NCBI GenBank assembly: GCA_014654705.1
Contig: JACVZY010000106.1
Span: 2,083 to 66,082, forward strand
Length of the DNA: 64,000 nucleotides
Source of the DNA: Ignavibacteria bacterium
GTDB taxonomy: Bacteria; Bacteroidota; Ignavibacteria; Kapaibacteriales; UBA4661
Direction: 5' to 3'
In this document: positions 1 through 9,592 of the stretch, one piece after another
Layout: each line of letters opens with the position of its first letter
Numbering within the stretch: position 1 is the stretch's first letter
The notes under the pieces: generated by a model
Told to the model about the DNA's origin: nothing
The model's database searches: none
Seen by the model: only the letters and a program-made list of their open reading frames with translations
Translations under genes and position numbers: made by a program

Positions 1-809
1 TCGTTACCTCTTCGGGCTGTGTCAGCACAATCGGTACGGTTTTGAACGTCTCACATTCACCGTCAGAAATATAGTCTTCTTCTGCCATTGCAGAGAGCAC
101 CACATTACGCCGATTGAGCGAAGCCTGATAATTTCTGAGATTCTCATGCAAGCCCGGACGCTGCAATATCCCAACCAAAAAAGCACATTCCGGTACATTT
201 AACTCTTGCGGCGATTTATTGAAATACAGTTCTGAAGCTACTTGCAAGCCGTGTGCGCCGCGCCCGAAATAAACGGTGTTGATGTACAGTTCCAAGATTT
301 CATTTTTCGTATAGGTGCGCTCAATCTGAATCGCCGTAACCGCCTCGCGGATTTTGCGGGTGAGCGTCCGTTCCTGCCCGATATTGACGTAGAGATTGCG
401 AGCAAGCTGCTGCGTAATCGTCGAAGCGCCTTGGCTCAGTCGCCCGCGCAGCACGTTTTTCACGGCAGCCTTGACAATACGAAACGCATGAATACCCCAG
501 TGATGGTAGAACTCACGGTCTTCGGTGGCAATAAGCCCGTTCAAAAACGGCTTCGGGATGCTATCGAACCGCATATAGGTGCGGCGTTTAAGGTAAAACT
601 CATCAATCACTTCGCCCTCGGCGGAGAGAACGCGCGTCGCAAGCTCAGGCTTGGGGTTTTCTAACTCTTCTAGCGAGGGCAATCCTTCGGACACCACATA
701 AATACTGAAAATGACAAGGAAAACCGCCAAACCCGCCATGCCGAGAAGGATAGCACGAAAGAGTGTACGCGGTTTGATGGGAAATTCGGCAAGAGTAATT
801 TTTCTCATA
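1..809 (-). CDS. mrcA: Penicillin-binding protein 1A (class A PBP), N-terminal part; the gene runs off the window start
   Basis: Reverse-complement translation from the ATG (cat at 807-809) reads MRKITLAEFPIKPRTLFRAILLGMAGLAVFLVIFSIYVV.. (cytoplasmic tail plus TM), then GT51 transglycosylase motifs (EDREFYHHWGI, RGASTITQQLARNLY). The frame stays open to position 1. It was not in the ORF track because it is truncated at the window edge. Confidence 0.75.
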
Positions 810-1074
810 GCTTGATGGAATCAAGAATAATAATGCTTTCGGTCAGTTGTGACGAATACTGCGGAAGTATAGTCGTGAACGACCATCGTTCAGAAAATCA
901 AGAACTATCATCGTTTGGATAGCATGGTCGCTCTACGCATTACGAGCATACCAAGAAAGACTTGCCAAGATACGATTTTTGGCAATTTTTTGTACGAAGA
1001 AATTTACAAAGGGTCGTCAGCCCTTGACAAATCAGCAGCCATCAAACGCTGAAGATTTTCACAATTCACCCCCA

Positions 1075-1112
1075 CTCTTCTGCATTTCACCCGCCTCTTC
1101 CTGCATTTCACC
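1075..1112. promoter_or_regulatory. Imperfect direct repeat, ctcttc(c)tgcatttcacc twice with a 20-bp period, 80 bp upstream of the TonB-dependent receptor gene
   Basis: Read directly: 1075-1092 and 1095-1112 are identical except for one inserted c. Confidence 0.25.
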
Positions 1113-1192
1113 GAAACCCACGCAACAGTGTTCTCCCGAGTGCCGTAGTTTGCACAAACAACAAGCACACAACACAACTCGGAGACAATTCA

Positions 1193-3415
1193 ATGCAAAA
1201 GCTACCACTATTCTTCGTCGGTATTATGCTGCTCGCACTTTGCGCCCCCAATATCTCTGCCCAAGCACCCGCAAAGCGCGTTGTAACAGGCATTGTAGTC
1301 AATGAGCATGGCGATTCGGTTGGATTTATCAGCGTAAAAATCAAAGGTACAAAAGAAGGCGGCATATCGAACTCACGGGGAGTGTTCACCATTGCAACTA
1401 CCCTCAAAGGCGCACAAACATTGGTAGTAAAAAATCTTGCCTACGAAACACTAGAAGAAAACACTGTACTCGAAAGCGATACAACCCGCGTCATTCTTCA
1501 TCTGCTGACCAAAGTGGTGAATCTGAAAGGCGCAACCGTGTCGGCAAGTGCCTTCACCACAGGCGAAGTGGAAGGTGTTACGCTCAAACCACTGGAAATT
1601 GTTACCACGCCCGGCGCGGCGGCAGATATTTTCCGCGCTTTGCAGACGTTTCCAGGCGTAACCTCGCTCGATGGCGGTTCGGGGCTGATTGTGCGCGGTG
1701 GCGACATCACCGAAACAATCACGCTTATTGACCAAGCAAGCGTCGCTGCGCCCTACCGCGCTCAAGCACCCAACGACGGCACGTTTGGCTTTATCCCACC
1801 CTTTTTTGTGAGCGGCACTTTTTTCTCAAGCGGCGGTATGCCTGCTCGCTATGGCAATGCGCTTTCCGGCGTGGTAGCTCTCGAAAGTCAGTCCATGCCG
1901 ACAGGAAACAGCCTAAATGCAACACTTTCCACAGGCGGTGTATCGCTGGGAGTCGCTTCCGAACTTGTTCCGAGTACGCTTGGTGTGCGTGCATCAGGCA
2001 ATTACTCCAATACCGACATCCTCTTTCGTCTGAACGGCTTACGTGCCGAGTTCAACGAACCGCCCAGTTCGGTGGACGCAAATGTGAGCCTTGTCTGGAA
2101 GTACTCGCCGACGGGCAGAATCAAGGTCTTTAGCTATGGCTCAAGCAATGGTTTATCAACATTCTACGGTTCCGGCACCGAACGCAATCTTTTTTCTACT
2201 GCCCAAGTAAACACCATTCACAACATCCAACTGACGGATGTGTGGCAGGACTGGGTGATAAAAAGCAGCCTCTCGGCGAACACTGTGCACAATACAATCT
2301 CGCAAACAGATTTTGGCATGACAACGCAGCAACTCAACCTCAAAACCCGCACCGATGCCGAAAAAGACCTCTCCGATTGGGTGCGCGTGCTGGCAGGGGC
2401 GGAGGCGGAATATGATGACTTGGCGGCAACAAAAATTATTATCCATCAAAGCACAGAAGTTGGGCGGTATTCCTCCAGAGGAGGTGCGCTGCGCATTGGC
2501 GGCTATGTGGAAACGGAACTGAAACTGACGCGGAATTTACTGGCGGGCATCGGGATTCGCAGTGATTATCAGACTCTTGCACAAGATTTGGTCTTCGACC
2601 CGCGCGTGTCGCTGAAATACGTTTTTACGCCTAGCTTCAACGTACGCGCTGCGTGGGGGATTTTTCACCAATTCGGTCGCCCCGACCAGCTTAATTCGGC
2701 ACTCGAAGGCAATCCCAATCTCAAAGCACAGCAAGCAACACACTACATTGTAGGTGCAGAATACAACGAAGGGGATGCACAAATCCGCATGGAAGCGTAC
2801 AACAAAACCTACGCAAATCTAATTCTGCCCACTTCCGATGGTACACCGCAGAACCTTGGTTACGGCTACGCTCGCGGTCTGGACGTATTTGCCAAGTATG
2901 GTGAATACTTGAAGACGGATTGTAACGGCTGGATTTCGTATTCCTACTTGGAGACAAGCCGCTTGCAAGCACGGCGCGGCACAACGGGCATCACCTACGA
3001 AGAAGGTGCAACACCTTTCGATATTCGTCATAATATCGTCATCGTTGGCAAAGTGCGCGTTTGGGAAGGTCTGAGCGTTGGGGCGACAGCCCGCTATTCC
3101 ACAGGACGGGCATTGACACCGATTGTGGGCGGTCTTGCGCGAATGAGCAACGGCTTTACGTGGTTTGACCCGATTGATGGCGCAGTCGGTTCGGAGCGTC
3201 TGCCCGACCAAATGCGCTTTGATGCCGATGCGTCCTACTTCTTACCCTTTTCCGATAAAGCATATCTCGTCATTTTTGCATCACTTTCCAATGCCACCGG
3301 ACGCGCAAACGTGCTGAACTACACGTATTCAAGCGATTATTCGCGCCGCGAACCAAACGTGAGTTTGAGCAGACAGTTTATCTTTTTGGGCGCAACCATG
3401 ACGTGGCGTTTGTGA
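1193..3415 (+). CDS. TonB-dependent outer-membrane receptor with an N-terminal CarboxypepD_reg-like domain
   Basis: 740 aa. Signal peptide MQKLPLFFVGIMLLALCAPNISAQA, then VTGIVVNEHGDSVGFISVKIKGT (carboxypeptidase-regulatory-like), plug-like region and a long beta-barrel body ending in an aromatic residue. Confidence 0.7.
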   Translation: MQKLPLFFVGIMLLALCAPNISAQAPAKRVVTGIVVNEHGDSVGFISVKIKGTKEGGISNSRGVFTIATTLKGAQTLVVKNLAYETLEENTVLESDTTRVILHLLTKVVNLKGATVSASAFTTGEVEGVTLKPLEIVTTPGAAADIFRALQTFPGVTSLDGGSGLIVRGGDITETITLIDQASVAAPYRAQAPNDGTFGFIPPFFVSGTFFSSGGMPARYGNALSGVVALESQSMPTGNSLNATLSTGGVSLGVASELVPSTLGVRASGNYSNTDILFRLNGLRAEFNEPPSSVDANVSLVWKYSPTGRIKVFSYGSSNGLSTFYGSGTERNLFSTAQVNTIHNIQLTDVWQDWVIKSSLSANTVHNTISQTDFGMTTQQLNLKTRTDAEKDLSDWVRVLAGAEAEYDDLAATKIIIHQSTEVGRYSSRGGALRIGGYVETELKLTRNLLAGIGIRSDYQTLAQDLVFDPRVSLKYVFTPSFNVRAAWGIFHQFGRPDQLNSALEGNPNLKAQQATHYIVGAEYNEGDAQIRMEAYNKTYANLILPTSDGTPQNLGYGYARGLDVFAKYGEYLKTDCNGWISYSYLETSRLQARRGTTGITYEEGATPFDIRHNIVIVGKVRVWEGLSVGATARYSTGRALTPIVGGLARMSNGFTWFDPIDGAVGSERLPDQMRFDADASYFLPFSDKAYLVIFASLSNATGRANVLNYTYSSDYSRREPNVSLSRQFIFLGATMTWRL

Positions 3416-3478
3416 GCCGAAATCTATTTTGAACAGAAATCCATTTTGAATAAGCATCTGGACGGTAATATCTTGGAA

Positions 3479-3545
3479 CACAGACAGGAATGTCTGTGCT
3501 ACCGAAGCCAGATTTTATGCCGTAGCACAGACATTCTTGTCTGTG
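3479..3545. repeat. Nested palindromic intergenic element, copy 1: two opposed cacagaca-N4-tgtctgtg hairpin units (3479-3498 and 3526-3545) flanking ctaccgaagccagatttt
   Basis: Arm 3479-3502 is the reverse complement of 3522-3545 with 1 mismatch. The same units and the ctaccgaagccag tail recur at 44113-44199. Confidence 0.5.
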
Positions 3546-3628
3546 TAGATAGTTCAAGATAATTTCGTTCAATACCTTAGCAATCCATTTTTTTCAATTC
3601 CTTTTCATTTTTTCACGGAGTAATTACC

Positions 3629-4414
3629 ATGCGTACACTTATCGCAACCCTTGTTTTTGTGCTGCTTGCAGGCACGTTTTCTTTTGCTCACAATACACAA
3701 AGCGCTCAGAGCAATGACCCGCTCGTCAAAACAAAAGAAGCCGTACAATCTGCCGCTCTCGTCAGTGATGCAGCAGCCCTCAAAGCCGCACGAGACCTTG
3801 CACTCAGCACCGTTTCTACAAGCCCACGAAAAGCCGTCGCTCTCTACTACGTCGGGTATGCCAATTACAGCCTGTCGGTACTACCCACCGAGAAAGCCAA
3901 CAGCGAACAACACGCCGACGCAGGTATCGCCGCAATGGAAGAAGCTATTAAGATCGACCCCACGCTTGCGGATGCTCATGCGCTTCTTGCCAGCCTCTAT
4001 GGGCGCAAGGCTTCGGGCGGTATGGCAGCCGGCATGAAATACGGCGGGAAATCAAGTTCGGCAATGCAACGCGCAATCACACTTGCCCCCAATAACCCGC
4101 GAATCCTGATGTTGCAAGGGATTTCTCTCTACTTCACGCCCGCAATGTGGGGCGGCAGCAAAGAAAAAGCGCTCGCCAATCTCCAAAAAGCCTGCGAACT
4201 AGCCGAAGGTGGCGCGTGTACAAGCACGGATACGGCATTACCGGATTGGGGACACGCGGAAGTTTTTGCATGGAAAGGCGTAATGTTCAGCGATAGTGAT
4301 GATATGGACAATGCCAAAGCGGCATACGACCGTGCATTGCAGCTTGCGCCGAATTATTCGTGGGTGAAATTTGTCCTTCTGCCCAAATTATCAACAACGA
4401 CAAACACACGATAA
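3629..4414 (+). CDS. Secreted TPR-like/helical-repeat protein, function unknown
   Basis: 261 aa. Signal peptide MRTLIATLVFVLLAGTFSFA. Ala/Leu-rich helical repeats (IKIDPTLADAHALLASLYG.., AYDRALQLAPNY). Sits 20 bp upstream of the Omp85-family gene. Confidence 0.5.
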   Translation: MRTLIATLVFVLLAGTFSFAHNTQSAQSNDPLVKTKEAVQSAALVSDAAALKAARDLALSTVSTSPRKAVALYYVGYANYSLSVLPTEKANSEQHADAGIAAMEEAIKIDPTLADAHALLASLYGRKASGGMAAGMKYGGKSSSAMQRAITLAPNNPRILMLQGISLYFTPAMWGGSKEKALANLQKACELAEGGACTSTDTALPDWGHAEVFAWKGVMFSDSDDMDNAKAAYDRALQLAPNYSWVKFVLLPKLSTTTNTR

Positions 4415-4434
4415 GCGCACGAAGGCATACAAGA

Positions 4435-5667
4435 ATGATGAACTACTTTCAAGGACCAAGTACAATGAATCCAATAGCACGATTATCACGCCGTCAAGCC
4501 GCTCGAGAGCTTGCTTTGTGGGCAGTTATCGCCATTCTCACATACAGTACGGCATTTGCTGAAACGGCAGACAGTACCAAAATCAATACTAAAGACAGTA
4601 CCACAAATAACACATCGGATTATTCCGGCAAATTCATTAGTGGTACACGCTGGGCACCCTTTGTATCTTTTGCTCCGGAAACCAGCACAGTGCTGGGCGC
4701 ACAGGTAACCCATTTCTGGCGACCGCTCTTGCAGGATGACCATGAGCGCCCGTCGAGTGTTTCGATTAGTGGTATTCTCAGCTTCCGGGCGCAGTGGCGT
4801 ATTATGGCGCAGTACGACACGTATTTCGATAATTTTCGCTGGCGGCTTTTCGGTAGTGTCGGTTTTGAGCGATTTCCGCTTGATTTTTACGGCGTTGGTT
4901 CTACCGCGCTCACCACTGAGAGTGAGCGCTTCACGCCGGAGACGTGGCGCGGCGCAGCAAACGTGGCATATCGCCTTGTGCAAACACCGGTGGGCGCGGG
5001 ATTGAGCGCAGGCATACGCTACGAAGGACGCACAGACCGCATTGTTAGCCGCGTTGGTCAAGGGCGCTTGGAAACAAGCGGTATCGCGGGTGCAAATGGT
5101 GGCATCACAAGCGGCGCAGGCGTTTTTCTTGTACTGGATACGCGCGATAATGTTTTTTCGTCGTGGAGTGGGGCGTATATTGAAGCCCGAAGCACTGCTT
5201 TTACGCCGCTTCTGGGTTCATCGTTTACATTTGTGCAAAATATGCTGGACGCGCGATATTTTGTACCGATTTCGATTGCCTCAATGACGCATATTCTGGC
5301 GCTGCAAGGCGGTGCAACGGCAATCACGGGCGGAGAAGCACCATTTTATGCACTTCCTTCGCTCTCTTCCTTGCGCGGAGTGCTTATCGGGCAATTTGCC
5401 GACCGCACCACTGCTTTTGCCCAAGCCGAATATCGCGTGCCGTTTTTGGAGTTGTTCGAGGCAGTTGCTTTTGTGGGCACAGGAGCAAGCGCAGGTCAAC
5501 TTGCCGACCTCGGCGCAGCGCCATTGCAAACAGTAGTCGGTGGAGGAGTACGGTTCTTTTTTGATCCCAATGAACGAATTGGTATTCGCTTGGACATTGG
5601 TGTTCCCGTCAATTCTTCGATTGGCAGTACACCCCGATTTTACTTTACTTTTGGCGAAGCGTTTTGA
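4435..5667 (+). CDS. Omp85/BamA-family outer-membrane beta-barrel (bacterial surface antigen D15 family), short form
   Basis: Alternative start at 4465 gives the signal peptide MNPIARLSRRQAARELALWAVIAILTYSTAFA. Alternating beta-strand pattern throughout. The C-terminus RFYFTFGEAF is the canonical Omp85 barrel-closure motif ending in Phe. Confidence 0.65.
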   Translation: MMNYFQGPSTMNPIARLSRRQAARELALWAVIAILTYSTAFAETADSTKINTKDSTTNNTSDYSGKFISGTRWAPFVSFAPETSTVLGAQVTHFWRPLLQDDHERPSSVSISGILSFRAQWRIMAQYDTYFDNFRWRLFGSVGFERFPLDFYGVGSTALTTESERFTPETWRGAANVAYRLVQTPVGAGLSAGIRYEGRTDRIVSRVGQGRLETSGIAGANGGITSGAGVFLVLDTRDNVFSSWSGAYIEARSTAFTPLLGSSFTFVQNMLDARYFVPISIASMTHILALQGGATAITGGEAPFYALPSLSSLRGVLIGQFADRTTAFAQAEYRVPFLELFEAVAFVGTGASAGQLADLGAAPLQTVVGGGVRFFFDPNERIGIRLDIGVPVNSSIGSTPRFYFTFGEAF

Positions 5668-5719
5668 GAAGTCGTAAGCGAAAATTTGCCAAACCCCAAC
5701 TTTTCCGTAGATTCCGAAT

Positions 5720-6778
5720 ATGATTACCAAACGCACCATAGCTATCATCTGGCTTGCACTGATGCTGTATGCAGCACTTCAGACGGCTCTGATTGTGCGC
5801 GGCGGGAACGCGACTTTTATAGGCGTGTTTATCGGCTCTGCTATTAACGAACACATACGGTTGTTTTCATTGCTTGGCTGTATGTGGCTCATCACCTATC
5901 GCCTGCACTCGTGGCACTGGTGGTGGCAAGTGCCAATATACTGCCTGATGGCTGCATTACTGAGTGTCATGCTTTGGGGTATGAGCGTTGGGATGTTGTT
6001 TGCACTTGGGCAGACACGAAGCGCAGAGAGTGTCTTGGGGCTTTCGCAATGGATTTTACTTCAGCACCTTTTAGAAAACGGTGTCTGCTTGGCAGTGATT
6101 GTCCTTGTGCAGTATCGGCGCGAAATCCGGCAGCGCGAAGAGCGCGAGCGGGAGCTACGGCTTTTGAATACGCAAATGGAACTTGCAGCATTACGCGCCC
6201 AACTCAATCCGCACTTTCTTTTCAATGCTCTGAACGCTGTGAACTCACTCGTGGGAACAGACCCGGAGCGGGCGCGAACAGTTTTGGAAACGCTTGCCGA
6301 CCTTTTGCGCTATTCGTTGGAAAGCGACAGGCGAGAAACGGTGCGCCTTGGTGACGAACTTGACTTTGTGCGTAAATACCTGTCTATTGAGCAAGAGCGC
6401 TTCGGAAAACGCCTCCAAACAAGTATTGAAGCCAGCGAAGCACTTTGGGACGCACCTATTCCGCCGATACTAATTCAGCCACTGGTGGAAAATGCCGTCA
6501 AACATGGCGTTGCGCCCAAAGCCGCAGGCGGCACGGTGTCAGTGATTGTGCGCACAGACGCAGCAGGAAAGAGGCTTTGCGTGGAAATCCACGATGACGG
6601 CGTTGGGATGAATCATAGTACAAACCAGCACCAAGCACACTCCACAGGCATTGGTCTTGCAAACACGGATGCCCGCTTACGGAAATTGTTTGGTGAAGAT
6701 TCCGCGCTAAATGTACAAAGCACCGAAAACGGTACAACGGTCATGTTTTCACTTCCCATTCACAAGCAAGAACCATGA
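5720..6778 (+). CDS. LytS/YehU-type sensor histidine kinase (membrane, His_kinase PF06580-type core)
   Basis: N-terminal multi-TM region, then a coiled coil, LNPHFLFNALNAVNSLV (H-box of the LytS family), and a C-terminal HATPase (HDDGVGM, GIGLAN). Overlaps the downstream LytTR regulator by 4 nt (ATGA). Confidence 0.8.
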   Translation: MITKRTIAIIWLALMLYAALQTALIVRGGNATFIGVFIGSAINEHIRLFSLLGCMWLITYRLHSWHWWWQVPIYCLMAALLSVMLWGMSVGMLFALGQTRSAESVLGLSQWILLQHLLENGVCLAVIVLVQYRREIRQREERERELRLLNTQMELAALRAQLNPHFLFNALNAVNSLVGTDPERARTVLETLADLLRYSLESDRRETVRLGDELDFVRKYLSIEQERFGKRLQTSIEASEALWDAPIPPILIQPLVENAVKHGVAPKAAGGTVSVIVRTDAAGKRLCVEIHDDGVGMNHSTNQHQAHSTGIGLANTDARLRKLFGEDSALNVQSTENGTTVMFSLPIHKQEP

Positions 6779-7572
6779 TACGACTTCTCCTTGCCGACGA
6801 CGAGCCGCCCGCGCGGAGGCTTTTGCGCGAATATTTGAGCGGCATTCAGGGTGTGGAACTGATAGCCGAAGTAGAAAATGGCGCTGAAGCCGTCGTTGCA
6901 ATCAATCACCTGAAGCCGGATGCGGTTATTTTGGACGTAGAAATGCCCGAATTAACAGGCTTTGAGGTTTTGGAGCGTCTGGAAAGCATACCGCACGTTA
7001 TCTTCTCGACTGCCTACAATCAATTTGCCGTACAGGCGTTTGAAGAAAACGCCGTGGATTACCTCTTAAAACCGTACAGCCGCGACCGCTTCACCCGTGC
7101 CATTGCCCGCCTTCAAGAGCGTATCAATACGACATCCGCCGGAATTACGCACCTCGAAACACTTTCCCGCCTTCTGACCAATTTCCCAAGCCAGCAGGCA
7201 TTAAGCCAACAAGCATTAAACCAGCAAGCGTCAAACGCTCAAGCACCTCTCACTCGGCTCATGGTTCGGAGCGGGAACCGCATTATTCCTATTGCGGCGG
7301 CAGATATCGTCTGGATAGAAGCAGCAGAAGATTACGCACTTTTGCACACCGCACAGGGGAAGTTCACGGCAAGCACAGGCATCGGTGAACTGGAAAAACG
7401 TCTTGACAGCCAAGTCTTTATGCGGGTTCATCGCTCGGCTATTATCAACGTGCAGTGTATCAAACACGTGGAGACCGACGCGAGCGGCAATCTGACTACA
7501 ACGATGGTGAACGGGGCAAAAGTAAAAGTAAGCCGCTCCTACACCGCACAAATACGAGGTTTGATTGTGTGA
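6775..7572 (+). CDS. LytTR-family response regulator (REC + LytTR DNA-binding domain)
   Basis: MIRLLLADDEPPARRLLREYL.. receiver with DVEMPELTGFEVL. Q/A-rich linker. C-terminal LytTR (MVRSGNRIIPIAAADIVWIEAAEDY..VHRSAIINV). Confidence 0.85.
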   Translation: MIRLLLADDEPPARRLLREYLSGIQGVELIAEVENGAEAVVAINHLKPDAVILDVEMPELTGFEVLERLESIPHVIFSTAYNQFAVQAFEENAVDYLLKPYSRDRFTRAIARLQERINTTSAGITHLETLSRLLTNFPSQQALSQQALNQQASNAQAPLTRLMVRSGNRIIPIAAADIVWIEAAEDYALLHTAQGKFTASTGIGELEKRLDSQVFMRVHRSAIINVQCIKHVETDASGNLTTTMVNGAKVKVSRSYTAQIRGLIV

Positions 7573-7654
7573 AGCCGACCACACTTCCAAATACGAACAG
7601 GATGTTGTAAATTGTCGTATTGATTCACCACAACCACACTGCAAAGGATTTTAT

Positions 7655-8458
7655 ATGCTTTACGACATTGACAACTACTGGCTTACATGGTCAATTCTCA
7701 TTGCTTTCCTGAGCATCCGCTATGGTGTGATTGCCGGAACGATGTTCGTGTGGTGGTATATGATTCGCCGTGAGAGGTGGGCAGCACAAAAAATCCAACC
7801 GAAATACCCCGCCGCGCAAGACTACAAGCGCGAGTTTGGCTATTCGGTGATAACGTTTTTTATCTTTTCCACGATTGCTTCTGTCGTCTATTTGCCACAA
7901 GTACGACCGCTCACGCAGTTGCACCGCGACGTGAGTGAGATTGCAGGCGCAAACACCGCATGGCAGCTTGCATACTGGATTGGCGGTGTGGTGCTTATGC
8001 TCGTCCTCCATGATGCCTACTTCTATTTCATGCACCGCGTCGTCCACAACAAAAAACTCTATGCGCTCATCCACAAGGTGCATCATCTCTCGCATAATCC
8101 CTCGCCATGGGCGGCATTTGCATTTCATCCTTTGGAAGCACTCACGGAATTTCTCATTTTTCCCATTATCGCCTTTACCATACCGCATACACTCGGCATG
8201 ATTGCTACGTGGCTGGGCATTATGACGCTGTACAACGCCTACGGACATTTGGGGTTTGAACTATACCCAAAGGGCTTCAGCACACATTGGCTGGGAAAAT
8301 GGATAAATACGTCCGTCAATCACAATATGCACCACAAGTACGCCACAAGCAATTACGGACTGTACACGCTTGTCTGGGACAGGCTTTTCGGCACTGTCCA
8401 CGCCAAGTATGATGAGACGTTTGAAGAAGTTGCCGCAAGAAAGAGCATTGCAGGCTAA
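7655..8458 (+). CDS. Fatty-acid hydroxylase / sterol desaturase superfamily membrane protein
   Basis: Histidine boxes HRVVHNKKLYALIHKVHHLSH and HNMHHKY within multi-TM hydrophobic segments. The start was chosen at MLYDIDNYW (7655) because the longer ORF from 7565 overlaps the upstream gene. Confidence 0.7.
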   Translation: MLYDIDNYWLTWSILIAFLSIRYGVIAGTMFVWWYMIRRERWAAQKIQPKYPAAQDYKREFGYSVITFFIFSTIASVVYLPQVRPLTQLHRDVSEIAGANTAWQLAYWIGGVVLMLVLHDAYFYFMHRVVHNKKLYALIHKVHHLSHNPSPWAAFAFHPLEALTEFLIFPIIAFTIPHTLGMIATWLGIMTLYNAYGHLGFELYPKGFSTHWLGKWINTSVNHNMHHKYATSNYGLYTLVWDRLFGTVHAKYDETFEEVAARKSIAG

Positions 8459-8477
8459 AGCGAGTAGAGATTATTCA

Positions 8478-9500
8478 TTACCTCTTGGACGATAAACGTA
8501 CAGACAGCGTACCCGAATCAACGTATTTTTCTTGCGAAGAGCGCTCTACACCGCGCTCCAACTCTATCATTCCATCGCGCTCCAATCCTCTGAGCAGTTT
8601 CAAGAGCCATTCGGCTTGCTCGCTTTCTTCATTGTGAAAAAGCGTAGCAGGAAAAAGTTGTGCTGTAATTTCGCTCACCGTAACGCTTTGCCGCGCATCC
8701 ACACCGCGCAGAAGTTGAACAATGCGCCCCCGCCAGATTCGATTCGGAACGCCTTGCCATGATGGTTCGGGACGTTTTTCTTTTTGTTGTTCACGCATGG
8801 TCTCTGCCGATGCACACAGTTCACGAAGCGGGCAAACGCCGCACTTGGGCGCTCGTGCTGTACAAAACAGCGCTCCAATGTCCATTACCGCCTGATGCCA
8901 GCGCGATGCCTTACGGCGCGGATAAATACTCTCCGCAAAATCATACACAATTTTTTCGTCCATCACGTCTGCCGTTGTGGGCATTGGCGCGAGAAGGCGC
9001 GAATACACGCGGCGAATGTTCACATCCAGCACAGCGACGTCCTTGTGATAGGCAAATGCAAGTATCGCGGAAGCCGTGTATGCGCCGATGCCCGGCAGCG
9101 CCAAAAGTTCGTCGTGCGTGGAAGGAACACTCCCGTTGTGCCGCTCCGTCACTACTCTTGCGCAATCCCTGAGACGCAGCGCTCGGCTATTGTAGCCCAT
9201 TCCTTCCCATGCTTTGATAATCGTGGCGTTATCCGCCGCAGCCAGCGCTTGTACGGTCGGGAACATCTGCAAAAAAAGTGGAAGTTTTTCCTGAACCCGT
9301 GCCGTCTGCGTTTGCTGAAGCATTACCTCCGAAACGAGTACGACGTAGGGGTCGGGTGGAGAATCGCTATCGTGAATCTCTCGCCAGACAAACTGCCGTG
9401 CGTGGTGGTCATACCATGCAAGAAGCACTTTTTGCAGGTGTGTTTTTTCACGTGGTGTTTTTGAGGGTGTTTTCAAGATGGTAGAGCGAAACGTGGGCAA
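8478..9500 (-). CDS. mutY: A/G-specific adenine DNA glycosylase MutY
   Basis: HhH-GPD fold (VVLVSEVMLQQTQTARV, GIGAYTASAI). 4Fe-4S cluster loop CTARAPKCGVCPLRELC. C-terminal NUDIX-like domain. The start codon appears to be TTG at 9498-9500 (no in-frame ATG upstream). Confidence 0.85.
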   Translation of the reverse strand: MPTFRSTILKTPSKTPREKTHLQKVLLAWYDHHARQFVWREIHDSDSPPDPYVVLVSEVMLQQTQTARVQEKLPLFLQMFPTVQALAAADNATIIKAWEGMGYNSRALRLRDCARVVTERHNGSVPSTHDELLALPGIGAYTASAILAFAYHKDVAVLDVNIRRVYSRLLAPMPTTADVMDEKIVYDFAESIYPRRKASRWHQAVMDIGALFCTARAPKCGVCPLRELCASAETMREQQKEKRPEPSWQGVPNRIWRGRIVQLLRGVDARQSVTVSEITAQLFPATLFHNEESEQAEWLLKLLRGLERDGMIELERGVERSSQEKYVDSGTLSVRLSSKR

Positions 9501-9567
9501 AACGATGGGTTCTAAAATACGAAAGTCCGCTTTCTTCTGCTATCAAACAAAGCATAATAAAAAAATC

Positions 9568-9592
9568 CAGCGAAAATTCGCTGAATTTTTTG
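9568..9592 (+). terminator. Weak terminator-like hairpin plus T-run in the 5' leader of thrA (possible attenuator)
   Basis: cagcga-aaat-tcgctg (6-bp stem, 9568-9583) followed by aatttttt, about 100 nt upstream of the thrA ATG. Orientation matches thrA, not mutY. Confidence 0.25.

Noticed and set aside
242-664. 140-aa plus-strand ORF at the window start
   Set aside because: It lies entirely antisense to a well-supported PBP1A transglycosylase reading frame (minus strand, 1-809). It has no recognisable motifs.
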